Part shown: positions 13,280 through 25,130 of the stretch, in pieces
Numbering within the stretch: the stretch's first letter is position 1
How the letters are laid out: every line of letters begins with the position of its first letter
NCBI GenBank assembly: GCA_043228905.1
Contig: JBHGNT010000008.1
Coordinates: forward strand, 434,001-498,000
From: Azolla caroliniana
Taxonomy: Eukaryota > Plantae > Polypodiophyta
Direction: 5' to 3'
DNA length: 64,000 nt
Program-made: the position numbers and the translations under genes
Notes under the pieces: model-generated
Told to the model about the DNA's origin: nothing
The model's database searches: none
Seen by the model: only the letters and a program-made list of their open reading frames with translations

Positions 13280-14221
13280 TCATGTGTGCGCCGCTTGAAG
13301 GACCAATGTTGACGAATCCCACAACTTGAGACGCATTCCCAGCTTCTCCACCTCCGGTGGCGGCGGCGGAGGCGACGGAAGAGGAAGAGGGCTTTTGGTA
13401 GGGGGACCTGCCGCTGCCTTTGGCAACGAATTCCCCAACAAGCTCTCGCATATGGCTTGCAAGTATGCAGGGCTAGCCACAAATGGCCTGGCCGCCGCCG
13501 CCTCCTCCAATCCCCCGGCCCCACGTGACGACTCCCTGGGAGGCGGGAATTCGCCACCGTTTAGCAGCATTCCATCCCTGATGGCTTGCTGAGCCCTGGC
13601 CGCCGCTGCCGCCGCACTACTCAACGACTCCTCCACCATCCGGCGGCTTTCCACGGCCTCGCGGTGCCATTCCGCTTCCAGATCCGCGATCTGAATTGCC
13701 AGCCGCTCCTCCGCTGCCTCCGCTACCTGCGCCCGCCTCATCATCGCCTCCGCCCTCTCCTTCCACATCATTGCCTCTGCCTGCCATGCCCCATCCTCCT
13801 CTGCTACTGTTCTTGTTATTTCTCCCCCATGGCTATGGCTATGGCTATGGCTATGCCCCTTCCCCTTCATCTCCATTTGCGCCGCCAACACCAACCCCCC
13901 CAATTCAGCCTCCAGATGCATGATGCGATGCGACGCCTCCGCCTCCACCTCCGCCATGTCGGCGGCGAGCCGCTCTTCGGCCACGCGCGCCGCCACGAGC
14001 TCCGCACGCAGCCTCTCCGCTTCTGCGGTGGCCGCGGCTTCTCGCGATTGCGCCGCCGCCAGTTGGGCCCGCATCTCCCGGAGGGCCGCGTCCTTCCCAC
14101 GTGCCGACCACGTCATTGCCTTGAGGCGGCCGACCAGCAGAGAAGGCGGCTCCTTCATCAGCATCTCCTCATGTTCCATCTCCATCTCGATCACAATACC
14201 GGTAGTGGCCATCAGAGACAA
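13280..14221 (-). CDS. Intronless 313-aa coiled-coil protein with two LSU (RESPONSE TO LOW SULFUR/UP9)-like motifs
   Basis: GC-rich uninterrupted ORF with a TATA box ~120 bp upstream. Motifs ARVAEERLAADMAEVEAEA (aa 78-96) and AEAAEERLAIQIADLEAEW (aa 167-185) resemble the LSU signature AEEAEERLCSQLGELEAE. (HS)n linker and Pro-rich C-terminus. Confidence 0.8.
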   Translation of the reverse strand: MSLMATTGIVIEMEMEHEEMLMKEPPSLLVGRLKAMTWSARGKDAALREMRAQLAAAQSREAAATAEAERLRAELVAARVAEERLAADMAEVEAEASHRIMHLEAELGGLVLAAQMEMKGKGHSHSHSHSHGGEITRTVAEEDGAWQAEAMMWKERAEAMMRRAQVAEAAEERLAIQIADLEAEWHREAVESRRMVEESLSSAAAAAARAQQAIRDGMLLNGGEFPPPRESSRGAGGLEEAAAARPFVASPAYLQAICESLLGNSLPKAAAGPPTKSPLPLPSPPPPPPEVEKLGMRLKLWDSSTLVLQAAHT

Positions 14222-14341
14222 GACAGACTAACGGACACAGAGAGAGAGAGAGAGAGAGAAGGAGATATGGAAGGCTTTTTTTAAGTTACATATATGGAGG
14301 AAATATGCTTGTGAGAGGAATGGCCCTGAGCGGCTGCCTGC

Positions 14342-14347
14342 TTTATA
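14342..14347 (-). promoter_or_regulatory. TATA box of the LSU-like gene
   Basis: Minus strand CCTATAAAG, followed by a CT-rich leader up to the ATG at 14221. Confidence 0.7.
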
Positions 14348-14378
14348 GGGGAGGGATAGGCAGCCTGATACAGAATCA

Positions 14379-14398
14379 GGTCTAGATTCAATGAACCT
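14379..14398 (-). promoter_or_regulatory. UPE-box 1 (SLIM1/EIL3-type sulfur-deficiency element)
   Basis: Minus strand AGGTTCATTGAATCTAGACC matches 19/20 of the UPE consensus as I recall it, AG[GA]T[TA]CATTGAA[TC]CT[AG]GAC[AG]. It lies ~31 bp upstream of the TATA box. Confidence 0.85.
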
Positions 14399-14526
14399 GC
14401 CTGATGAGAAAAACAAAAGAAAGAGATTCAATTTCAAGGGGATGAAAGGGAATCCCCGGTTGGATTGAGGAGGAGGAATCGAAAGGATTTGATCCTCAGA
14501 ATATTATTTGGCTTCTCTCGGATCCT

Positions 14527-14546
14527 CGTATAGGTTCAATGAACCT
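14527..14546 (-). promoter_or_regulatory. UPE-box 2
   Basis: Minus strand AGGTTCATTGAACCTATACG, 19/20 to the same consensus and in the same orientation. Core AGGTTCA-n-TGAACCT is a perfect dyad. Confidence 0.8.
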
Positions 14547-14568
14547 TGTCTCCTTCTCCCAACATGTA

Positions 14569-14569
<1 letters not shown>

Positions 14570-14626
<57 letters not shown>

Positions 14627-14701
14627 GCCAATGTCCTTGCGTTGTCAACAAGAAAGTTCCTCGATTGAGTATCTTTGTGTGTGTGTGTGTGTGTGTGTGT
14701 G
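14570..14701. repeat. (CT)n and (GT)n microsatellites
   Basis: Visible runs at ~14570-14623 and ~14677-14701. Confidence 0.95.
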
Positions 14702-17700
14702 GACATAATCTGAACCAAATGGCCTCCCCCTTGCCTATTGACCTTCACAATCGTGATTCGTGGCACAATCCAATGCAAACGCCAGATACACGTTTGCAAA
14801 TCTAAGTCTCTTGTCGCGAGAATCTTTCGTGCTATAGCTCATGCACTAAGTGTAAGTAGAAAATCCATACTTTCTTGCTATTATTAAAAGGCGTATTTTG
14901 CCGCAACCGTCAAGGGCCCTACATTAGATTCAATCCTTTACTTAGAAAACCATATTTCCCCTTTTTATTACTATACTTAGAGAAAACCACACTTCCTCTT
15001 TATTTTGGGGACAGTTGTTAAAGAGCCCCTAGAGGACAAATTTCACTAGTACGTGTTTGCCACACGTCAATGAGAAATCATGAACATCTTTTCACCACAA
15101 AAACCCAGATAGTAGTTGTATGCGATGAAAAGTCATGGATCTCTCTCTGCAACGTGGACGGAAAAGATCTACACTCCATGAACAGTCATGAATCCTTTTT
15201 TCCAAAGTTTGTTTTCAATGAACATTCATGCATCTCTCTTCGAGTCATTTTGTGCATTGAATATTCATGATTATCTTTGCCACACCCAATCGTTGCTTGC
15301 AATGACAAAATGAATGTGATATAATGTTATTTTTCTCACTTGAGTATCAACAACCCATTCCCAAATCATGGTATTGCCTCAATGGTAGAGTCTATCCAAA
15401 AAGTTATCCCTTATCATTCTTGCCCAAACTAACTTGTTTCCTTCATCCAACCTGCTTTAAACATATATTTTATATTCCATTGACAATGAAATTGATACCA
15501 TATATTCTAATATATAATATTTCACAAGGTCTATCACCTTATCCAAGTCAAATTTATTTGCGTGAGAATACAACTATGTTATTATGATATAGTTGCACAT
15601 ATGTAAGTACCCTCAAGGTTCAATGTTAGTTTGGTAAGACGATAATCAGTAATTAATCAATGGATAGATATGCATAGTGCAACCGTTAACATGGTCAATG
15701 CAACAAATAGTGCAACATTTTGGGAGAAGGAAGGGAGGGGCAAAATTTGCACATGATAGATATTGTACATTAAAAGAGATGTGATATTCATACGGTTGTT
15801 GATGGGATGATGGAAGAACTGTACATAATGCTTTTAATGTGATCGATGTGTTCAAACTTCAAATTTACTCATTCCTACAAGAATGTGAATTTATACAACT
15901 ATTTTACCTACCCCCCCCCCCCCTCACAAAAAAAAAAAAAACTCCCAATTAAAATTTGTCCCTTCATAATCAACAAAATGCGTTTTTAATTTCCAAGTTG
16001 AAGGAAAAAATATAATTATTTGTCTAAAATGTCAACATGATATGTGCCTAGTTCCATATTGTAAATATTCTTTGGTAAAGATTACATAAAGAAAATTGCA
16101 CCCTACGCAAAGTGTTTCGATGTACACTTACCTTGCATTGCTTGAGGGATTGAACTCCTTTATACATAGAAGCACGGAAATGTTTGCAAGTAGATCTGCA
16201 CCACACGTAATGCCTTATGTGTTTCATTGAATTCTTATAATAAGCACTATTTATCAATCTTGTAACTTGTAGATAGAATTGCATGTAAATAGACATGTGT
16301 CCAGACTCCAGACACACATATGTTATCGTTATTGGCAAAAGTGTTTTGAGCAGTTGTTCTAGGATATGGGTACACATTCATAGCAACCAATTTGATGACA
16401 ACTTGTCCGATAAAGTGGTAGATCGAATCCATAATATGGAGAAAACTTTTCGGGAAAATAAAAACAAGATGAGATTATTTTAGTGGATGAATTGGGACGA
16501 TATGTATGCACATTATGCTCACTCTTACATATGTCAAAATTTCAACAATTATAATCTCCCCTTCATATGATTGTGAACCATTTGGTATAAAGTCATATAC
16601 AAGAGGCTCAGTGATATATTCTTATATGTTTTCTTCACAAATTTTATCGTTGCCTTTTTTAAGGGACATTGCTATTGTAATGAATCCTTGCATTGTGGAA
16701 AACCTTCCAAAGAGATATTTTGAGGAGCAAAGCATGATAGTGTGCACGATCTCAAACTAAAATTATTGTGAAGATATTATAATGAGCAGACCATCAAAAC
16801 AAGGTATTGGAGACTCCAACACACAAAACATCAATGTTGTAACTAAACTTATTGTAAGTATTTTATAATGAACAAAACATCAAAACAAAAAGTGCTAGGA
16901 ACTCCAACACACAAAACGTTAATGTTGGAAAAGCATTCAATGTAGTTTTACAATCTCTTGTTTATACACTTGATTTGGGATTTTCAAATAGCAATTGCAA
17001 GAATTTTAAAGCATCCATGTTCGGAAATGTTCTAATGTAGACAATAATTTCATATTTGAGAGTTATCACATACTCTCTTGTTTATTATCAAATAAGATGT
17101 AGAAAACTTCACTGCAAAAGTAAGCTATTTTTATGTCGGTCCATTTATATCTTTGTGGATTTGGGGGGTTGATGCTTAAGCTATGTTGAGTAGTCAAGCA
17201 TTTCTCTATCATGTAAATAACTTGATTAACCACAATAATAGTTTGTCTCACCTAGAAACATGTGACACTCAATGGTCTCACAAGGGAGAGCCCCACAATA
17301 AGTCGATACATCAAATGGTTGCGGATATTAACACATGAAAGGATAATTTTGTATCGACGATGTTCTATTATAAGACTTGGTTAGAATAGAATGTTGTGTC
17401 CCTTGGTTAAACCCGACCTTGGACAAGACACATTCAATGATTCAATGGGCCAAAACAAGTAAAACCCTCCTTAGTCCAAGCTTGAAGTACCAAAACTTGA
17501 TACTTTCAATACAAATGGAATGAACACAGAAGAACAATACAATGGTTTATGACAAGAATCCGGGTTGGCTCAGAATACACAACAGGCTGGTGGTTGAACT
17601 TTGGACTTCAACTTAACGTGATCTGCGTGGTTTGAGGAACGGATCTGGTGCGGGATTGGGTGGGCACACATGACGCTATGTGACACATGAATGTAGAGAG

Positions 17701-17829
17701 TAGGAGCGTTTCATTGGATGCTTGGTTGGCATGAGCGTGTGCTATGTCCGCAAGCAACCCTTTGGAATCACACTCGAAAACATAAGGAGGAGGAGACTAA
17801 TGTGAAAGAGACGAGACGAGAAGAAGAGA

Positions 17830-17955
17830 AGCATTCCATTCCATTCCATTCATAGAAGTTGGATGGATGGAAGCGTTTGGCATCCAATCCAATCCATCCA
17901 TCCATCCATCCATCCATCATCATCATCATCATCATCATCGTCATCTCCTCCTCCA
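17830..17955. repeat. Compound microsatellite (CATTC, ATCC, CAT) upstream of CEP41
   Basis: Directly visible short-unit runs. Confidence 0.85.
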
Positions 17956-18095
17956 TCTCTGCAGATAGAAAGATCGGTAATTAAGAATAAGAAAGAAGAC
18001 CAGGGTAAATAAATATCAGACGCCCCCTCCCCCCCTTTCTTCTACCAGAAAAGCAGAAGAAAACAAAACAAAAGAGAAAAAGAAAAAGGAGGAAG

Positions 18096-20715
18096 ATGAG
18101 GCCATGCGACAGTCAATTCATCGTTCGGAGCACATCCTCTACAGCTGTGAGACATGATTGCGTTTATAGTTTTTTCTCACATTGTTGTCGCTGGCTGCAG
18201 GAATATGTCTTCATTTTCTCTTAATAATAAGTCACTCGCTACCTCTGGTTGACCACATTTACAGGGGTCCCGGCCGCGTTCAACAAGAAACAGGCCCACA
18301 ATGCACCCAAAGTATGCACAAATCAAGTCATCTGTTGACAGGTATGTCCTCCATACATGCATACCTGCCTACATATATGTGTATTGTCCTTGTCAGTTGT
18401 AGTCCTCTGCAATGTGTCTCCTCTGCATCCGACGGTTCATGAATATACTCTAAATCCTCCTGTGTTTGGTTTCAGTGGACTGAACATGCTAAAAGTAAAT
18501 GAGAAATTCCCTGAATCGAAAATAAGTATCCTTTGATCCCGTTAGCTTCACCGAGAGTGTGATGACTCACTGGTTTCATTATGCATGGTTAACTTGCGAA
18601 TTTCTACCATATGCCAATTCTTCTCCGTTTTGTTTTCTTATCTTATGTGTTATTGCTCCATTTTCCAACTCTGGCACTACCAAGATGCACGATTTAAGAA
18701 AGAAGAATCATTTCGCCGGATGAAGTCGTCCACACTTGTTCGGCTACTCACTGACACCGAGGTAATGATCAAGTTTATAACTTCTTATAGAAAGAACTCT
18801 GAAGAATATCCTATGTTCACATCAATGTAACATGGCCACTGTACATAGTGAGATTGTCCGTGTAGTATGAAAATGGTGTATATATTCTGAGTTAGGGGTT
18901 CCACAGTAAAGAATTCAATTAAGGATAATGCCTTAGACTAAATTGAAGAGAACAGATATCTTTTTCTATTTGACCTTTCACGAAACATTGTATTGGTATC
19001 CTAAGTTGCAAAGGGAAGGTGGGCACGTGAGACATTATTCTTAAGCAGATGAATTTTCTAGTAAATATGCTTTCCATATTTTCCTGCATTTCATGAAACT
19101 TCATGGTAATGAAGATACTAGGTGTAAACATAAATTTTTCTGTGAGACTACAATTGAGTAGGATTATGCAGACGAAGCGATCATAATCCCTTTGAATCAC
19201 TGATTTAATCGCAACTGTGTAGAAGATTATTAGAGCAGAAAACAGTCTACCTCTTTGTTGAGTTCCAAACTTGGAACCAGACCCATGAATTGACCTTTAC
19301 ATAGCTCTAATGTTGCTTGATATATCTAAAGGTGTTAGTATATATAATATGAAATAGGAACATCTCTTCTGTGAAAACACTTTAAAACAAATTTTGTGGA
19401 AGAGTCATATAAATTTACTCTTACAAGAAAAAGGAGTACCTAGGTTTGAAATATCTGTAGAAATTCTTTTCCAGGAGGAAGTGGAATGCCTCATTCTTGA
19501 TGTTAGAGATCGTGATGCGTTCAATATATGTCATTTAAAAAATGGTATATAATTGAACCAAATCACAAGTTCGCTTTCAGTTGAAATTAATCTTCAAGTG
19601 ATTTATCATTCTTTTTTCTACCCAGCAATCTCGTTTCCAGCACCACTGTTGAAGAGATCAGTGAATATCTTTCCACTTGAGATACGTGACTTTGTAAGAT
19701 ACTTTCACTTGGTTTGCTTCATGAAATAGGATGAGCTTCCTTTCATGTTTTATTAATCATGAAACAGGATTTGGATGTTATTATAGATAAACAAAGAGCC
19801 GAAGAAGATCATTGTGTTCTATGATGATAATGAGATCTCGGCACAGGTATATGTCATCTGCATATACTTAAATATTTAAGACTTGTTCTTCAAACTAGAT
19901 GCATAACAACATAATAAAGTTCAATTATCCAAATAATCGAAACCTTGAGTTATAAATTGTATATGAGACAACATTTTCAGTTGGAATATTGTGTCGAGTC
20001 TCTAGGCCATTTTGATCTTTTAGAGATATTAACACACATCTCTCTCTCAATTTTTTTTGCTGTCTCCCCTCAAGAGGCATTTTGCCCTCCACACTGACTG
20101 TTGCTTATTCTGCTGTATTCTGCTCAACATTTAGTGTATGAATATGATTTGCTTTTATTCATGTAGTCTAGTGCCTCCTGACTTGAGAATGGCTTTTGGA
20201 GAAGAACTTTGGGGGGAACTTGTTGATTTAGGTTGCTCATCTTTCTCTAAAATGATCACCCATCAATAAAAAAAAAGTTAATTTAAGACACCTATTTCTT
20301 GTCACATCTTCCAAAGATGATCTAACATTTCTAGTTAAAAATAATAGAAAACTTTCCATATAGATAATAGAAAAATATATTTTTAGGAAGGATTTGCAAC
20401 TCATTTGCTTTGTTTATCATGTGCAGAACACAGGAAACTTATTCGTTGAGAAAGGTGTGAGCAACATCTTTATGCTGAGTGGTGGTAGGTAGGATCAATG
20501 GTTTTGAGCTGCGTTCCGACGTGCTAATATAATAGTTTTAACACTTACCTTCGTCAGGTATGAAGGAGCTGGGGGTAAATTACCCTGAATTCATTGAAGG
20601 GCAGTTCATGATTGAAAGCCCTTATGTTTCTAGGACAGGAACTCCCTCTGTAAAGACTGAGTGTAGTGGTTGGTCTTGCAGTTCTTCACCAATGGTGTCC
20701 ATCAGAAGGCATTAG
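18096..20715 (+). CDS. CEP41: Centrosomal protein 41-like (ciliary, inactive rhodanese domain), 9 exons, ~222 aa
   Basis: GT-AG exons in consistent phase: 18096-18146, 18265-18341, 18476-18525, 18685-18761, 19475-19544, 19626-19693, 19787-19846, 20427-20484, 20558-20715 (669 nt). Translation HPKYAQIKSSVDSG...RFKKEESFRRMK...LILDVRDRDAFNICHL...KIIVFYDDNE...EKGVSNIFMLSGGMK...YPE parallels CEP41. Exon 1 is the least certain. Confidence 0.88.
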
Positions 20716-21061
20716 CATGTGCGTGTACAACATTTTGAGGTTTCACCAGCAAACAAATCTCACCAACTTTTGATATTTGTCATCCTTTTTAATCTTTGCA
20801 ATCTTTCAGAAAAGAGATGATGGCTTGATTTGGGAAAATATCATATAGTTTGATGGATTGTTGTATATTCAACATTCGAGCTCTCGTAATACTTGCTCCT
20901 ATCATGAGTTTATGGCCACATTCTACCCCTTCATAAATAATGAGCAAGGAGTTTGCAAATTGACTGTATTCTTTATATATGTTCTCAATTAGTGGGAGGC
21001 AATAGATGCTGGGCTCTTAGTCTCTCTCTCTCTCTCTTGTTGGCCGGTCAGGACGGCCCAG

Positions 21062-21684
21062 GTGTGAAAAGGCTAACGGACTATTACGGGTGGGGCCAGA
21101 TAGGGAGCAAAGAGGAAAAGCTAAACAATGCAAATAATTATTAATAGTCGCTGTTCACATTTTAAATGTAACTGCCCATGCTCCCCATAAAAAGGGACAT
21201 GGGAAGGATGTAAAGGGTAATCAATTGTAACAGGGTATTGGGTATTCAGTTGTGTCGTATAATAGAAATTTGTTTTGCTTATACTCACTCTCTGTATTTG
21301 TGTCGAGAGTTTCATCTGTGTCGAGCTATTGTAACCGTGGAGGCTGTGGAGACTCAAACCTGAGCCGGCTACAACCGACTGGTTATGTGCACGTTATACG
21401 GAACAATTAAATAAAGCTTGACACAGATGAAACTCTGAACATAGAGATAAGAGTATAAGCAAAACAGATTTCTATTATAAGACACAACTTAATACCCTCT
21501 TACAATCGATTACCCTTTACATCCTTCTCATGTCCCTTTTTATAGGGAGCATGGGCGGTCACGTTTAAAATGTGAACCGATACTCCTAATAATTATTTTT
21601 GCTGTTTAGCTTTTCCCCTTTGCTCCCTGTCCGGCCCCACCCGTCTTCTATTCGGCTTGTAACCGTCCGTTAGCCTTTTCACAC
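21062..21684. mobile_element. Foldback / long-TIR MITE-like element
   Basis: GTGTGAAAAGGCTAACGGA...TCCGTTAGCCTTTTCACAC termini. Imperfect inverted arms of ~270 bp around a ~80 bp spacer. No TSD found. Confidence 0.85.
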
Positions 21685-21739
21685 AATTATATTAATTGTT
21701 TGTAAAATCTACAATTACAACACTTGTTAGTCTCTTCTA

Positions 21740-22310
21740 CCTACCTATCCTATGTAGGTAGAGGGATGTCTTGTAATGCCATTAGAAAACTTGAATACGC
21801 ATTTGAGCAAGTGATCCCCACATGTTCTAATATCCCGTAACTCCACATAAGAATACCTTTCAACTTCTTCATATAGGCTTTTACCCCATGTTTACTATCA
21901 AGCATGAAAGGATTATGCACATTCCAATTGTGTTGTAATCCCCAATAACATAAAAATTGGAACAAGATCTCCATCTCATCATTTGAACCATTATAAACAC
22001 ATCGAGAAAAAACCCATTGTTGAGGTCTCAAACGAGTTAAAACCTGCCAAATGTTCGATAAATACTTCCAAATAGTACGTGTTATAGGAAATTTAATGAG
22101 CCTATGTTTATTGTTCCCCAGTGGAATGGTGCCAAAAGAAACAAGTGCTTGACCCTAGTCCTCGTATAAGGCTAAACCTAATGGAAGCCTGCCAATCATG
22201 ACTCTCCATATGAATATCTTTGCATGAAAGATTAGATGGAAATGCCAACCACGTAATATTTTTCACTACCTTGCATTTGAATGATCCATAGTTTTTACAA
22301 TAATCAATAT
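21740..22310 (-). mobile_element. Probable degenerate LINE ORF2 3' remnant
   Basis: Trp-rich broken reading (TRTIWKYLSNIWQVL...LCYWGLQHNWN) like the region after the L1 zf-RVT motif. Confidence 0.4.
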
Positions 22311-22599
22311 AATACAAAAAGTAGCTTTTATCCTCTCATGTGACAATACGCTATCTTAATGGTTGAGGTTTTCAATATTCGATTACAAGGTCTTGGGTTC
22401 AAGTTCGGGTGACGCCATAATGGTCATTTTTGAATGATCGTTTGGTTCAGATATGGGGAATCCAACCCATATCCTAAGTGTGTTCACACACATCACTATC
22501 CTAAGTGTGTTCACACATCACTGTCCTAAGTGTGTTCACACACATCACTACCAAAATATGTCAACAAATCCCCCTTGGGAGTGATGCGGTGAACAAGGA

Positions 22600-23280
22600 G
22601 CTGACACTCATGGTTAAACAAGTGCCAAGCTATGTGGATAGAGATCACACCTATAAGGCATACTTGGCTGATGGAAGAGTACAATACATAAAAGGGGCGT
22701 TCATTCATTAGGAATTTTTATTGATAATTATGTAGAAGAAATAGTTTTCTATGTAATGAATCTTTGTACCACTGATGTAATATTGGGTTATCCCTAGTTT
22801 TTTAATAAAAACTCTTCTTTATCAAACTATTGATTGGGTTCACCATTCAATTACTTTTTTACTGAACGATTGTACTCATTTTATTCAATGTGTAAAAAAA
22901 CAATTTCTTTCAATTGTTCTGTCCATCAATATTCGAGTTGATTTGTTCTTCTTTATTTTATTGTGTACTTGATCCGAACATTCATGTTTATAATATTGAT
23001 AGTGTCTCGGGTCATTTATTATATTTTGAATAACAATAACTAGATGAAATCTTAAATGATTTTCGTGATGTTTTTCCGAGTGAACTACCACATAGGTTAC
23101 CTTATAAATGTAATATAGAGTCTAGACCATCATATAGATCTTGTACCTGCCGTTGCACCAATAAGTATACCTCTATATCACTTAAGTTTATCCGAAGAGG
23201 ATAAGGTATCTAAGCAACTCAAGGACTATTTATGAATGGGTTATATACGTTATAGTAAATCTCCATGGGGTGTTGTCATG
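22600..23280 (+). mobile_element. Old Ty3/gypsy protease-RT fragment
   Basis: AYLADGRV...DVILGYP and IDLVPAVAPISIPLYHLS...QLKDYL*MGYIRYSKSPWG. Confidence 0.7.
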
Positions 23281-23575
23281 ATATGGCTCCAAAAAAATTT
23301 GAACCCATGACCTTGTATTACAAGGGTTGAACCTTTACCATTAAACCATGCATTGTAATACAAAAGATATTGCTATAGGAAATTCATGTATATTCCAGAT
23401 TCCTCTAGAATATTCTAGAAACTTTAGGAGTACTCCTGACAGTACTATGAATAGAGGCACATGGCGTTATTAAGAACCAATTCGGTTCAACGCCAATCTT
23501 AAGCCTCCTAGCTGTTCTTGTATCTTTCTTTATATAATATAATATACTTCCTGTTGTCATCATTCTCTCTCTCTT

Positions 23576-23626
<51 letters not shown>

Positions 23627-23864
23627 CCCTTCTCTTGTGATTCTCACACACTTGTTCCCTTCTTAGTACTACTAATCCTCATTCTTCTCCTCTATCTTTA
23701 GTACTAATTCTCCTTGCCTCTAGTACTATCCCGGATAGTTTGAACCAAATTTCCCATCTTTGTATCCCTCATTCCCTTCATACAAGTCTTCTTATCCTTC
23801 CTTCCTCCAATACTATGGCAACTGTTAGCGCTCAAGAATACCAATCTGTCTTCTCGGAGTTGTA

Positions 23865-25130
23865 GTGCTTGAAAGAAAAGTTTGTAGCGCTAGAACAAGA
23901 AAATCAACGGTTGTTGGGGGATCTTCAACAAATCTCATTTGGGCTCCAGGATTACCATCTTTCATGTGGACGCAATTAGAGAGACCATTGGTGATGATGT
24001 TATCACGCCAACTCCGAAGCAAATCGACAGTACCACATGACATTATTAGGGCTGAGTTCATGTTACCCCCAATGTTAGTAGAGGCACTTTTCCAACTTGT
24101 AGTCTTTCTTCATAGGATACATAGCCAACCACATGATAAAATATCTCATCAAGCCTTTAAGGCCTCTCAATCATTGTATGAGTCCGGCTATACTAGCTCA
24201 TGGTATGGCATGATGGTGAGTTGGCTTCTTGTGAATGGTCTAGACATTAATAACCTACCTCCCCTTAGGTACAACCACATGATTGATAACACTTTAATCT
24301 CTCATGAGGACCACAATAAAGTAATACACCAAGACATATGGCAAATTTACACTCGGTATAAATGGATCGCCCCACAAGAGCCACTCCCATCTAAAATGTT
24401 GTACTATAAGGAACACTTCATGCACTTCTCTGAGTTAGGTTTTATCACGTGGCCAAAATATCTAGATGTATTCTTACTACATGCACTAAGGGTTGCCATT
24501 GGACAACTCAGAATATCATCTCACCAACTTGAGATTGAGAATGGCCATACTAATGGAGTCCCTAGGGAGGGAAGGATATGTAGGTTATGTCACATAGAGA
24601 TAGAGGATGAGTATCACTTTACATGCAAGTGCCCAATCTACACCGAGATAAGGGCAAAATACCAAGACATACTTGGTTCCTCTCCCACCCTCCCCAAACT
24701 ATTAGATACTTTAGATATAAAGAAATTAGGCAAATACATTCTAGAGCTAAAACAACACAGAGAGAATAAGTTACAAAATGTTGACAATAATGTTGCTAAT
24801 GTTCACCAACATGTAACAAATGAAGTTTTTTAGGAACATGGGGAGCCAACAAATGTCGACACACTTGCACCACTCGGCCTTTCCCTTGATGAGGCAGAAA
24901 ACCAAAGAACTAGACGTCCTCGATTGCCGGGTTTCAAAGCAACTCAACGTGGTGTGGAAGCAATAATGAAAATAAGGGAACGTGAGCTACACCGCCTAGA
25001 TGCCATGGCTAGGGCACTCTCTACATTGGAACCACGGGTCACACCCACATCAAAACCCTTTGACCCCCCACTTCTTTTCGAGAGGCTTGGGTGGAAATAA
25101 AATTAGGATTAGTGTAAAGTCACTTCCTTT
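23865..25130 (+). mobile_element. 5'-truncated non-LTR retrotransposon (ORF2 C-terminus with zinc finger)
   Basis: ORF 23865-24833 contains LRISSHQLEIENG...REGRICRLC...EDEYHFTCKCPIY. No RT core is present. Confidence 0.75.

Noticed and set aside
13586-14284. 232-aa plus-strand ORF and other overlapping ORFs
   Set aside because: These are antisense shadows of a GC-rich coding sequence with no recognisable motifs.
15000-17500. Short ORFs in the AT-rich intergenic region
   Set aside because: No recognisable domain or consistent exon structure. They are possibly old transposon debris.
13280-20715. LSU-like gene plus rhodanese gene as a sulfur-metabolism gene cluster
   Set aside because: The rhodanese is CEP41-type with no catalytic Cys, and the UPE-boxes are ~3.5 kb from it. 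The adjacency is probably coincidental.
22350-23350. Two oppositely oriented tRNA-like A/B-box segments (~22355-22420 and ~23295-23350)
   Set aside because: Too degenerate to fold as tRNAs. They may be SINE heads, but I found no tail or TSD.
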